A stretch of DNA of 64,000 nt. Source: Candidatus Spyradenecus sp. (GTDB taxonomy: Bacteria; Verrucomicrobiota; Verrucomicrobiia; Opitutales; UBA953). A program made the translations under genes and the position numbers. The stretch covers positions 96,001 to 160,000 of the forward strand of contig JAZSKX010000017.1 of assembly GCA_045535075.1 (NCBI GenBank), given 5' to 3'. Within the stretch, counting starts at the first letter, position 1, and each line of letters begins with the position of its first letter. A model generated the notes under the pieces. The model was not told the DNA's origin. It saw nothing but the letters and a program-made list of their open reading frames with translations, and made no database searches. Shown here piece after piece: positions 53,591 through 61,794 of this stretch.

Positions 53591-54076
53591 ATGAGTAACG
53601 AAACACAACATAACTCTGTGACCAGACAAGCTCGTCCGACGAGCAAGGTGCGCAATATCGTTATAGGAGCCCTAGCGGGGCTCGCTTGCCTTGTAACCTT
53701 GGTAGGTTGCGGAGATAGCCTCGAAGATAAAGCTAAGCCCATCGTTGAGAAAGCTTACAAGAATATTGACCTCAATTATACCTATGAATGCCAGAAGATT
53801 GCAAATCTCGAAGAGATTGGGCCCGGCCGCTACCGAGGAACCGCATTAATGAAGGCGGTGGATTTACCAGATTTTATGATCAAGCAGATGGATAAAATCC
53901 GGGAGGCTGCGAAGAGTCCTACTCAGAAGAAGCATGAGTATGAGGGGCGGATACGCGTACTCAAGGAGAATGAGGAGAGACGCGCTAAACTCCAACGTGG
54001 GGAAGGTCCTGTGAAGAGCAGGACAGTCTATATCGAAGATCTCGGAGACTACATGACAGTTGAGTTCGAGAGATAA
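53591..54076 (+). CDS. Hypothetical lipoprotein
   Basis: Hydrophobic signal ending in lipobox LVGC. Confidence 0.7.
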   Translation: MSNETQHNSVTRQARPTSKVRNIVIGALAGLACLVTLVGCGDSLEDKAKPIVEKAYKNIDLNYTYECQKIANLEEIGPGRYRGTALMKAVDLPDFMIKQMDKIREAAKSPTQKKHEYEGRIRVLKENEERRAKLQRGEGPVKSRTVYIEDLGDYMTVEFER

Positions 54077-54128
54077 TCTCTAAAGGCTACATTTTGCTTG
54101 TCGGTTTTCGGGAGGAAACGCCTTTTCG

Positions 54129-55055
54129 GTGTCTCCCGAGAACCGGTTCTTTAACCCTATCCTTGACTTGCCGGTACGTTTTCCCGTGAACTCCCCAAAA
54201 CAACCAAAAGCACGATCCTCTAAACTAACGCCTTTGCAGAAGTTGTTCATTGAAGTTCTTAAGCGCATTAAGGTACTTAAGAGGGCGGACAATAAACCCG
54301 TTTTCAGCGATTGGGAAAGTTTAGCCGACAAGGATTTTTGCAACAAAATGTTCGATGTAGAATACGCCGTTTTGAAAGAAGGGGCGGCGGGCGAATGCAA
54401 AAAAGAAAGCCCGAATTGGGCGGCAATCGTGGGAGACGTTGATGAAGAATTCCTTTTGGAGTTTCAGAATTGGGAAAGCAGTCTTTGCGCTTCCGGAGTC
54501 CATGTTACCGTTTCCGTCGGCTATGCATGGGATTCTCAAAAAGACGTGCGAGGTGACGAGTTTTGGTGTTCTTTGCGGGACATTCTAACCGCGACGACGA
54601 AAACGCTTCAAGAATCCTACGAGGGCTCGAATGTTTTTATTAGCGTTAAACGTTTACGCGCGTCGCACGGTGGGCTTATTCATAGCCGGATCGTCGAATA
54701 CATCGAGAACTCCGATGTTTTGGTCTTTGATATCGCGGGAAGAAAAAGCCGTAAATACTCCGAGGGCTATAACGCCAATGTTCTTTACGAATTAGGTCTG
54801 GCAATGGCACGGAAAGAGGCGGGAAAAATCTTTCTCTGGAAGCCGGAAAAACTTTCCTTGCCTTCCGATCTCTCGTGTTACCTTTGGACCAACTACAAGT
54901 TAAAAAAGAGGGACGGAAAGATGACCCGGACGCTTGTTGATCGTCGTGGCTTTTCCGCCCAATTCCGCAGCGTTTTAGTCGAATGCATTCGCCAGAAACT
55001 TTGTGAACGAGAAAAGGTGCTTCGGGGACAATCGGCTTTCGATTCTTTGCAATAG
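54129..55055 (+). CDS. TIR-like / nucleoside 2-deoxyribosyltransferase-fold protein (start uncertain)
   Basis: IVEYIENSDVLVFDI...NANVLYELGLAMA...LPSDL motif set. Confidence 0.65.
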   Translation: MSPENRFFNPILDLPVRFPVNSPKQPKARSSKLTPLQKLFIEVLKRIKVLKRADNKPVFSDWESLADKDFCNKMFDVEYAVLKEGAAGECKKESPNWAAIVGDVDEEFLLEFQNWESSLCASGVHVTVSVGYAWDSQKDVRGDEFWCSLRDILTATTKTLQESYEGSNVFISVKRLRASHGGLIHSRIVEYIENSDVLVFDIAGRKSRKYSEGYNANVLYELGLAMARKEAGKIFLWKPEKLSLPSDLSCYLWTNYKLKKRDGKMTRTLVDRRGFSAQFRSVLVECIRQKLCEREKVLRGQSAFDSLQ

Positions 55056-55066
55056 TTTTTCTATTT

Positions 55067-56329
55067 ATGGAAGATATTGTTTCCTCGATTGTCGGATTTC
55101 CCTGCAGCCGGGAATTTTTGGAATTACAGGAGTACTATCAACGTAAGTCTTGCTGGGAAATCTTAGGGGTTGCACGGGTGGAAGTGTATCACAGCGCTTT
55201 TATCGCGTGGTTGCTTGATCCGTCCGAGAGCCACGCGATGGGTGTGTTTTGCTTGAGGCGTTTACTTGCAACCGCTGTTCTTGTGGAATCGAAAATAGGC
55301 ACGTCGTGTTGTTCCGAGTGGTTGGATGAAACGTTTCGGCAGGCAATCATCGTGGACAATTATACGATTTCGGATGTTCGCGTAGAAACGGAAAAGGTTG
55401 TTTCATCCGATAAGCCAAGAGACTCCCGCCTTGATATTTTTGTGGAGTGCAAGATTTCAATTGAGAGCAGAGGTCCTTTTGATTTGAAAATGATTATTGA
55501 GAATAAGGTCGGAAGCTCAGAGCATGGGAATCAAACTTCTCGTTACCGAAATTGGGCAGCAAAGGAGTTCCCGGGGGCAAAATTGGCATGCTTCTTTTTA
55601 AGCCCGGAGTTCGGGAGAAAGGAAAAGGCCTTGTCAGAGGCTTGTTTCTTGAAATTCAGCTACCAGCATTTGTTGGAGTATGTTATCACTCCCTTGCTCG
55701 TATCGATGGGGGATTCGCAGGAGCGCGCGAGAGTGGAAGATTATGTGCGGGCGCTTTCGATTTCTACTGGTGTTTACAAACGTGAAGATAAAAAAGATAA
55801 AGGAAATTTTAGGATGGCTATAACAGATAAAGAAAAAGAATTGTTGAAAGCGCTATGGGCGCGTTATGAAAATATCTTACTGGCGGCAGTAGAAGTCATC
55901 GCAGAAGACAAAGCGTTTGCAGAGGGCTTGGGTTTGAGCGAAAAGGACCAAGAGTCTTGCCGCAAAGTCGTTGAACGTGTAAGTGCGCGAGACAGGACGA
56001 AGTATAATCTCAAGTACCAAGGCTGCCGACTTAATGAGTCTCCGCTTCCTAAAAACAGAGTACTTTTTGAAATCGTCAAAAAAATGGAAGCAGTCGGATT
56101 GGAAAATTTTTCATCGCATATTCGGAAGTTTATCAAGGGTTTCGGGAATACTAAGGGGCTTCGCCTCGAAGAAGAAGTAGGCGACAAGAAGCGTTGTCAT
56201 TCCGAGTTTTCCGTCACGTTCGAAGGGAAGATTTATTTAGTTTCGAACCAATGGGGGATAGGCGGAATCAAGGCTCTGAAAAAATTTTTGAACGATGAGA
56301 ATTCAGATTTCAGGATTGAAGAAGTGTAA
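55067..56329 (+). CDS. PD-(D/E)XK nuclease family protein with extra C-terminal domain
   Basis: EVYHSAFIAWLLDP...H, RLDIFV, IIENKV...EH.NQT.RY; C-terminal DRTKY...VSNQWG. Confidence 0.85.
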   Translation: MEDIVSSIVGFPCSREFLELQEYYQRKSCWEILGVARVEVYHSAFIAWLLDPSESHAMGVFCLRRLLATAVLVESKIGTSCCSEWLDETFRQAIIVDNYTISDVRVETEKVVSSDKPRDSRLDIFVECKISIESRGPFDLKMIIENKVGSSEHGNQTSRYRNWAAKEFPGAKLACFFLSPEFGRKEKALSEACFLKFSYQHLLEYVITPLLVSMGDSQERARVEDYVRALSISTGVYKREDKKDKGNFRMAITDKEKELLKALWARYENILLAAVEVIAEDKAFAEGLGLSEKDQESCRKVVERVSARDRTKYNLKYQGCRLNESPLPKNRVLFEIVKKMEAVGLENFSSHIRKFIKGFGNTKGLRLEEEVGDKKRCHSEFSVTFEGKIYLVSNQWGIGGIKALKKFLNDENSDFRIEEV

Positions 56330-56520
56330 TGCGGGTAAATTTGCAAATTCTCAATTGATCCCCCCTTCTCCCCTTCAGCGACAGATGGTGGATTGTCTTT
56401 TGCTATCTCCTTGTAGCGTGCTAGATCAACATCCTTTCGTGCCGTCGCAGGAACGAAACAGAGAGCTTAGTTCTTCGTTCCATTGCGCCGCAGGCACGTA
56501 AACGGATTATTTTTCCCGTC

Positions 56521-56758
56521 GATTCTTCCCGCATCGCCGTGTGGAAGGCAGGCGAAGCCGGGCTCTCGCTCAAGGGCTCCGTTATCGCGAGCGACGCGTT
56601 CTTCCCGTTTGCGGACGGCCTGCTCGCCGCAGCCGACGCCGGCGCGACGGCCGCTATCCAACCGGGCGGCTCCGTGCGCGACCAGGAAGTTATCGACACT
56701 GCGAACGCACGCGGCATGGCGATGATCTTCACCGGACACCGCCACTTCCGCCACTAAG
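56521..56758 (+). pseudogene. purH: Displaced duplicate of the purH 3' end (right direct repeat; attR-like)
   Basis: 78 codons, identical in protein to the PurH C-terminus except one Ala>Thr; no 5' part. Confidence 0.93.
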
Positions 56759-56770
56759 GAAAGATTAAAG

Positions 56771-56817
56771 AAAAGCGTTCCCGCGAAACGGTTTTTGCCG
56801 TGCGGGAACGCTTTTTT
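56771..56817. terminator. Terminator between the purH copy and dtd, built from a 9-mer pair
   Basis: aaaagcgttcccgc...gcgggaacgctttttt. Confidence 0.85.
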
Positions 56818-56819
56818 GT

Positions 56820-57275
56820 TTAAAACTCCGGCTTTCGGGAATCAAGAACGAGCGTCACCGGACCGTCGTTGACAAGCGAAACATTCATCATGGCGCCGAA
56901 ACGACCTGTCGGAACGTTTTTCCCCAAGGCTTCGGAAAGCGCGACAACGAATTCTTCGTAAAGCGGAATCGCTTCGGCGGGAACGGCGGCGCGGTTAAAC
57001 GACGGACGCGATCCCTTCCTCATACTCCCGAAAAGCGTAAATTGGCTAACCACCAGCGCTTCGCCGTCGACATCCCGGATCGAAAGATTCATTTTCCCGT
57101 TCCCGTCTTCGAAAATACGCACGCGCGCCAAGCGCGAAACAAGCCACTCGATGTCCGCAGAAGCATCTCCGGACTCCACGCCGAGAAGGACGAGCATTCC
57201 CGCTCCGATTTCACCGACGACGTTCCCGTCAATCGTAACGCCGGCTTTTTTTACTCTCTGGATAACAGCTCGCAT
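56820..57275 (-). CDS. dtd: D-aminoacyl-tRNA deacylase
   Basis: [24 protein letters not shown]. Confidence 0.96.
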   Translation of the reverse strand: MRAVIQRVKKAGVTIDGNVVGEIGAGMLVLLGVESGDASADIEWLVSRLARVRIFEDGNGKMNLSIRDVDGEALVVSQFTLFGSMRKGSRPSFNRAAVPAEAIPLYEEFVVALSEALGKNVPTGRFGAMMNVSLVNDGPVTLVLDSRKPEF

Positions 57276-57408
57276 AATTCGATTCAATTTGAAGTGGAAT
57301 CACCCATTGCATTTTTCAAAATTCCCGGCTTGTTCGAAAATTTCTCTGAAAACTTCGTTTTGCGGGAAAGACGGACAACCCTCGGAAACGGCAATTTGGC
57401 CAAGTGTG

Positions 57409-58233
57409 TCATTGGTTTTCGGATACTTTATTTTCGTTAAGGAGAGCCAAACCCCTGACCGTCAAACGGTATTTTTGGCGGGGATGATTCGGCCTATCCG
57501 GATAAAGCGAAACTGCCACGCCGGATTTCAGTGCCGGACTTAGAGTGTATTCGACAAAGTTTTTACGATCTTTCAAGCCGATTACCGCCATCGCCTCTTT
57601 GACGGAAAGCGCGTTCGTTCCCGTCACCAAAATAAACCGCCGAACATTTTCGCTAAGCTCTCCCCAAACAGCACTCGAACTTGCGGGGGTGATTTCGGGG
57701 GTCGCGGGGCTACTTGCGGGGGTGCTTGTTGCCGCACTTGCGGGGGAAATTATGGGAGTTTCCCATTCTGCGGGAACGTTAATGAGCAAGTGGCAATTGC
57801 TCAACTGATTCATTTCTCCCAAGAGCAGATTTCGAAAAAATCGAACCAAAAATTCAAAATTCGGCGTAATTCCTTTTTTAACGTTGCGACAATTGGCGCG
57901 AACGAGCGCGTTGCGGAAATACCACGAATGCCGTTCAAACAAGGTGTTGTCAGCCTCCTGCGCCTCCGCGTCGTCGGGAAGGCGTGTCGTTCGCGCTTGG
58001 TAATAGCCGCGCACCAAGTCCCGCGCATCGTCGATGGAAATTTCGCCTTCGATGTGGCGCAACGCCGTTTCCTTCAAATATTCGGAAACGTGAAGCCCGT
58101 CCACCGCCTGCAATCCGATTGCCGTTTTCCATGCGGAAGCACGTTCCCGCGTATGCGGTTCGCTCACGCGAAGATACTCGTCGAAATTAGAAAATTCCGC
58201 TTCGTCTTCCCGCAGGTATTCTTCGTAATCCAT
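57409..58233 (-). CDS. Fic-family derivative lacking the Fic catalytic core (VbhA-like N-terminus + C-terminal HTH)
   Basis: AWKTAIGLQAVDGL..SEYL; SWYFRNALVRAN; PDRPNHPRQKYRLT; no HPFxxGNxR motif. Confidence 0.8.
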   Translation of the reverse strand: MDYEEYLREDEAEFSNFDEYLRVSEPHTRERASAWKTAIGLQAVDGLHVSEYLKETALRHIEGEISIDDARDLVRGYYQARTTRLPDDAEAQEADNTLFERHSWYFRNALVRANCRNVKKGITPNFEFLVRFFRNLLLGEMNQLSNCHLLINVPAEWETPIISPASAATSTPASSPATPEITPASSSAVWGELSENVRRFILVTGTNALSVKEAMAVIGLKDRKNFVEYTLSPALKSGVAVSLYPDRPNHPRQKYRLTVRGLALLNENKVSENQ

Positions 58234-58326
58234 CGGGTTTTATTATGCCCGAAAAGTTACGGAAGCGCGAGAATAAAGGGGGGAGGAAACCTTGCGAAAA
58301 CTCATACTCTTTCCGGAGAAAAGTCT

Positions 58327-58758
58327 TCAGGCGGTTTCCAAGCGTTCCCGCAGGGTTTCGACCGCGAGTTTAATCGCATCGCGCACGCGGCGGTAGCAGG
58401 CGAGTTTTTCTTCGGCTCGCTCGTAGCCTTGAGCCATTTTCGGCGGATCTTCAAACGGCAAATGAACCACACGGGAACGCGCCGGAAAAGTCGGGCAAGA
58501 TTCATGCGCGTTCCCGCAAACCGTGACGACGTAATCGAAATCCGTTTCGCTCAACTCGGAAACATGCTTGGAGTAATGCCGCGACATATCAATGCCAAGC
58601 TCTTCCATCACCTGCACGGCAAACGGATTCATGCCGTGCTTTTCCGTTCCCGCAGAATACGCTTCAAAAAAATCGGATTGCAACACACGACACCACGCTT
58701 CCGCCATTTGGCTCCGGCAACTGTTTCCGGTGCAAAGGAAAAGGATTTTCTTTTTCAT
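58327..58758 (-). CDS. arsC: Arsenate reductase (LMW-PTP type)
   Basis: ILFLCTGNSCRSQMAE, VTVC...CP, FEDP; in an ars cluster. Confidence 0.93.
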   Translation of the reverse strand: MKKKILFLCTGNSCRSQMAEAWCRVLQSDFFEAYSAGTEKHGMNPFAVQVMEELGIDMSRHYSKHVSELSETDFDYVVTVCGNAHESCPTFPARSRVVHLPFEDPPKMAQGYERAEEKLACYRRVRDAIKLAVETLRERLETA

Positions 58759-58806
58759 AAAGTTATATGCGTTGAAAACAAAAAACGAAACGGTAATGCG
58801 GTTTTT

Positions 58807-59490
58807 CTACAAACCCAAAGTCTGAGTTAATGTAAAATAAATTCCGAGAAACAAAAATCCGATTCCCGTCATTCGTTGTGTCCATTTTTCCGCATTGGAA
58901 ACACAACTGTAAAACTTCCCGATTTTTCCTGCCCCGAATGCAAAAACAAGCGAGAATGCGACGACCGGCAAGCCGCCGGCGGCACCGAACACGCCGGAAA
59001 GCAGGAACGGCGTTTCCGTTTTTATCGCCAAAGGAAGAAGCGTCCCGAAAAAAAGAGCCGCCGAAACCGGACAAAAGCTCAGCGCGAAAATCACGCCTAG
59101 AAGGAACGCGCCGGCAAGTCCCGCTTTATCCATTTTTTTGCAAAAATCGACGTCGCCGCCGGAAGATTTCAATCGCACGGGAACGCTTATCAAATTCAGC
59201 AAAATCAGCGAGACAACTATCAACACCGGTCCGATACCGAGATTCGTGTATTTTTGCAAAATATGAGCAACTTCCGGCACACGGCTCATTACTGCCGACA
59301 ACGCCAAGCCAAGCCCGGCAAAAGTAAGCGTTCGACCGAAAACATACAGAACCCCGGCATAAAGCACCGCGCGGGGAGTCCCGATTTTTCTGCCGACAAA
59401 ACTTACCGCTGCGAGATTGGTTGCCAACGGACACGGAGAAACCGCACAAAGCAACCCGAGATAAAAAGCGCTGAAAACGGCAAACATCAT
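58807..59490 (-). CDS. ArsG-like / DsbD-CcdA-type membrane protein
   Basis: AVSPCPLATN, GR..T, FALSFCPVSAALFFG motifs; about 6 TM helices. Confidence 0.75.
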   Translation of the reverse strand: MMFAVFSAFYLGLLCAVSPCPLATNLAAVSFVGRKIGTPRAVLYAGVLYVFGRTLTFAGLGLALSAVMSRVPEVAHILQKYTNLGIGPVLIVVSLILLNLISVPVRLKSSGGDVDFCKKMDKAGLAGAFLLGVIFALSFCPVSAALFFGTLLPLAIKTETPFLLSGVFGAAGGLPVVAFSLVFAFGAGKIGKFYSCVSNAEKWTQRMTGIGFLFLGIYFTLTQTLGL

Positions 59491-60224
59491 TTTTTCAACC
59501 TCGCAATGCCTTCTCGAAGATACGCCCGAAATGCTTCAGGTTGGTGAGCGAACGTCCATACCCGATCGAATTTTTCGAATTCGCCGCCTTTCGCCATGAC
59601 AACGCCGCGCCCCGCGAGTTCGAATTCTCGAATAAAATGTTCGTTTTGGGGAAGCTCAACATTCACGGAAACAAAGCGAACGTCTTCTTCTTCCGCGACC
59701 GTTTCCCGCGTTCGTTTTTCAATCTCGTTGCAGGTTCGGCAACGTTTTTTTCCGTGAAAATAATACACGGTCAAAGCTCCGTCCGAGGCAGGGGCAAGCG
59801 CTTCGCCCGGCTCGGCGGGAACGTCCCGAATCACGGCATAGACAAGACTTCCGAGAGCAAACAGCATCAGCAAAACGCCCCAAAAACGTCGCCGCGCAGA
59901 GCTTTTTTTCTTCCCGCATTCGCAGGAAAATGCGGCGGGCGTGCCCTGCGGCGTTCCCGCCGGAACGGACGCTACGGGTTTCTTATCTCGAGAAACAAGC
60001 AATGCCGCAATTTCATCTGCGGAAAGTACACGCCCCGAGCTCACGACGTTCCCGTCCACCACAAGCGCCGGCGTACGCATTACGCCCGCTTCGACGATTT
60101 TTTCAATCGCCGTTACTTTTTCGATTTCGCAATCGATTCCTTTGATTTTCACCGCGGATTCGACATTGGCAAAAAGCGCTTTGCAACGTCCGCATCCGCT
60201 TCCGAGTACTTGAATCTTCATCAT
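59487..60224 (-). CDS. Fusion of small redox-active disulfide protein (MTH895-type thioredoxin) and ArsF-like domain
   Basis: KIQVLGSGCGRC...GVMRTPALVVDG; TM segment; VYYFHGKKRCRTC..IE. Confidence 0.78.
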   Translation of the reverse strand: MMKIQVLGSGCGRCKALFANVESAVKIKGIDCEIEKVTAIEKIVEAGVMRTPALVVDGNVVSSGRVLSADEIAALLVSRDKKPVASVPAGTPQGTPAAFSCECGKKKSSARRRFWGVLLMLFALGSLVYAVIRDVPAEPGEALAPASDGALTVYYFHGKKRCRTCNEIEKRTRETVAEEEDVRFVSVNVELPQNEHFIREFELAGRGVVMAKGGEFEKFDRVWTFAHQPEAFRAYLREGIARLKK

Positions 60225-60233
60225 TTTGCTCCT

Positions 60234-61235
60234 TTAAAAAAATGAATGTAATGCGTTGAAGAGATAGCCGGTTAAAATGATTCCGCCGACGCAAATCGCG
60301 ATAAACACGCCGAGCAAACGCGGCTTCACCGCTTTTCTTAACATGATGATTGAAGGCAAACTCAGCGTCGTTACCGCCATCATAAAGGCGAGAATCGTGC
60401 CGAGCGAAGCACCTTTGCCCAACAGAGCTTCCGCAACCGGAATCGTTCCGAAAATGTCCGCATACATCGGCGTTCCCGCCGCAACGGCAAAAATAACGCC
60501 CAGGGGATTTTCGCCGCCGAGCAAACGCTCAATCCACGCAGACGGAATCCAATTGTGGATGAACGCACCGACGGCAACACCGACCAAAATATACGGAAAC
60601 ACTTTTTTAAATGTATCCGTCATTTGATTACGTGCATAAACGATGCGCTCCTTCAACGAAAACGTTCCCGCCTCCTGCCGCAGCTCCGACGCGGATAGAA
60701 GAATAAAATCTTCGACCTCGCTTTCCATGTGTAATTTTTCAATCAGGATTCCTCCCGCAACTGCAATTACCAGCCCCGCTACGACATACACGAAGGCAAT
60801 TTTTGCGCCGAAAATACTCGTCAGCAAAACAAGGCTTCCCAAATCCACCATCGGCGAAGAAATCAAAAACGAAAACGTCACACCGAGCGGCAAGCCCGCC
60901 CGCGTAAAGCCGATAAAAAGCGGGATCGACGAGCAAGAACAAAACGGCGTAACCGTGCCCAGCAAGGCTCCGAGCACATTCGCCCAGAGCCCTCGGGAAC
61001 GCCCCAAAATGCGCCGGCTCCTCTCCGGCGGAAAAAAGCTCTGCAAATACGAAATCCCGAAAATCAGCACACAAAGCAAAATCGTAATCTTTAAAACATC
61101 ATAAACCAAAAAGTGGAGCGAGCCGCCGACACGCGTTGAAACATCGACTCCGAATTTCGTCAAAACCGAGCCGATAAAATCGCTGAGCCACTTCATCCCC
61201 AAAACCTGAATCTGAATGAAATCCCACATATTCAT
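60234..61235 (-). CDS. ArsP-family permease (DUF318)
   Basis: TPFCSCSSIP, FLISSP, MAVTTLSLPS motifs. Confidence 0.88.
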   Translation of the reverse strand: MNMWDFIQIQVLGMKWLSDFIGSVLTKFGVDVSTRVGGSLHFLVYDVLKITILLCVLIFGISYLQSFFPPERSRRILGRSRGLWANVLGALLGTVTPFCSCSSIPLFIGFTRAGLPLGVTFSFLISSPMVDLGSLVLLTSIFGAKIAFVYVVAGLVIAVAGGILIEKLHMESEVEDFILLSASELRQEAGTFSLKERIVYARNQMTDTFKKVFPYILVGVAVGAFIHNWIPSAWIERLLGGENPLGVIFAVAAGTPMYADIFGTIPVAEALLGKGASLGTILAFMMAVTTLSLPSIIMLRKAVKPRLLGVFIAICVGGIILTGYLFNALHSFF

Positions 61236-61334
61236 TTTATGTTATTTTGTTAAAAGACTTAATATTAGAAAATCACTTTCCGGAAAATCTAAAACGCAAA
61301 ATCCCAATCCCCAAATTCCGATATGCCGTTTTCC

Positions 61335-61625
61335 TTAACGCTTCTTCTTTGCAACGCACGCGATAACATCGAGCACACACGGGCAAACAAGCCGATAAAA
61401 AACCTGCTTCCCGCGCTTGTCGTCTTCAATAATTCCCGCGCTTTTCAAAACGTTCAGGTGCTGACTGACCGTTGCAAACTTCACGCCGACGGCATCGACA
61501 AATTCGCAGACACAATGCTCCGCGCCGTCGGCAAGCTGTGTAACAATCCACAGCCGAATCGGATGCCCGATCGCTTTAAAAATTTCCGCCTGCGCGGCGC
61601 AACGCTCTTTCTTGTAACGCAACAT
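61335..61625 (-). CDS. arsR: ArsR/SmtB family repressor
   Basis: FKAIGHPIRL..., EHCVCEF, VSQHL.VLK.AG. Confidence 0.92.
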   Translation of the reverse strand: MLRYKKERCAAQAEIFKAIGHPIRLWIVTQLADGAEHCVCEFVDAVGVKFATVSQHLNVLKSAGIIEDDKRGKQVFYRLVCPCVLDVIACVAKKKR

Positions 61626-61794
61626 AATTTGTTATTTAGTTGTATAACATAATATAAGACAATCCCCGTCAACACCCAAAATCATGTCTGCGTTCCCGCG
61701 AGATTTCGAAAAAGGAAACGGCGGGAACGCAGGCACAAAGAAAGAGGCGACAATTGCTTGCCGCCTCTTTCTTCGTGAAAAACTTCACTATTTT

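Larger units (their letters stand above)
52247..56520. mobile_element. Genomic island or remnant integrated in the 3' end of purH; no integrase visible
   Basis: Bounded by purH 3'-end direct repeats; AT-richer; atypical codons; no exact GCGGGAACG copy. Confidence 0.85.

Noticed and set aside
52247..56520. Prophage or IS/integrase within the island
   Set aside because: No tyrosine or serine recombinase, DDE transposase or phage structural motifs in any listed ORF
56539..56757. 72-aa ORF as an independent gene
   Set aside because: It is the duplicated purH 3' end, and its GTG is an internal Val codon
52009..56758. purH repeat pair as a diversity-generating retroelement TR/VR
   Set aside because: Differences are mostly synonymous third-position changes not restricted to adenines, and there is no reverse transcriptase
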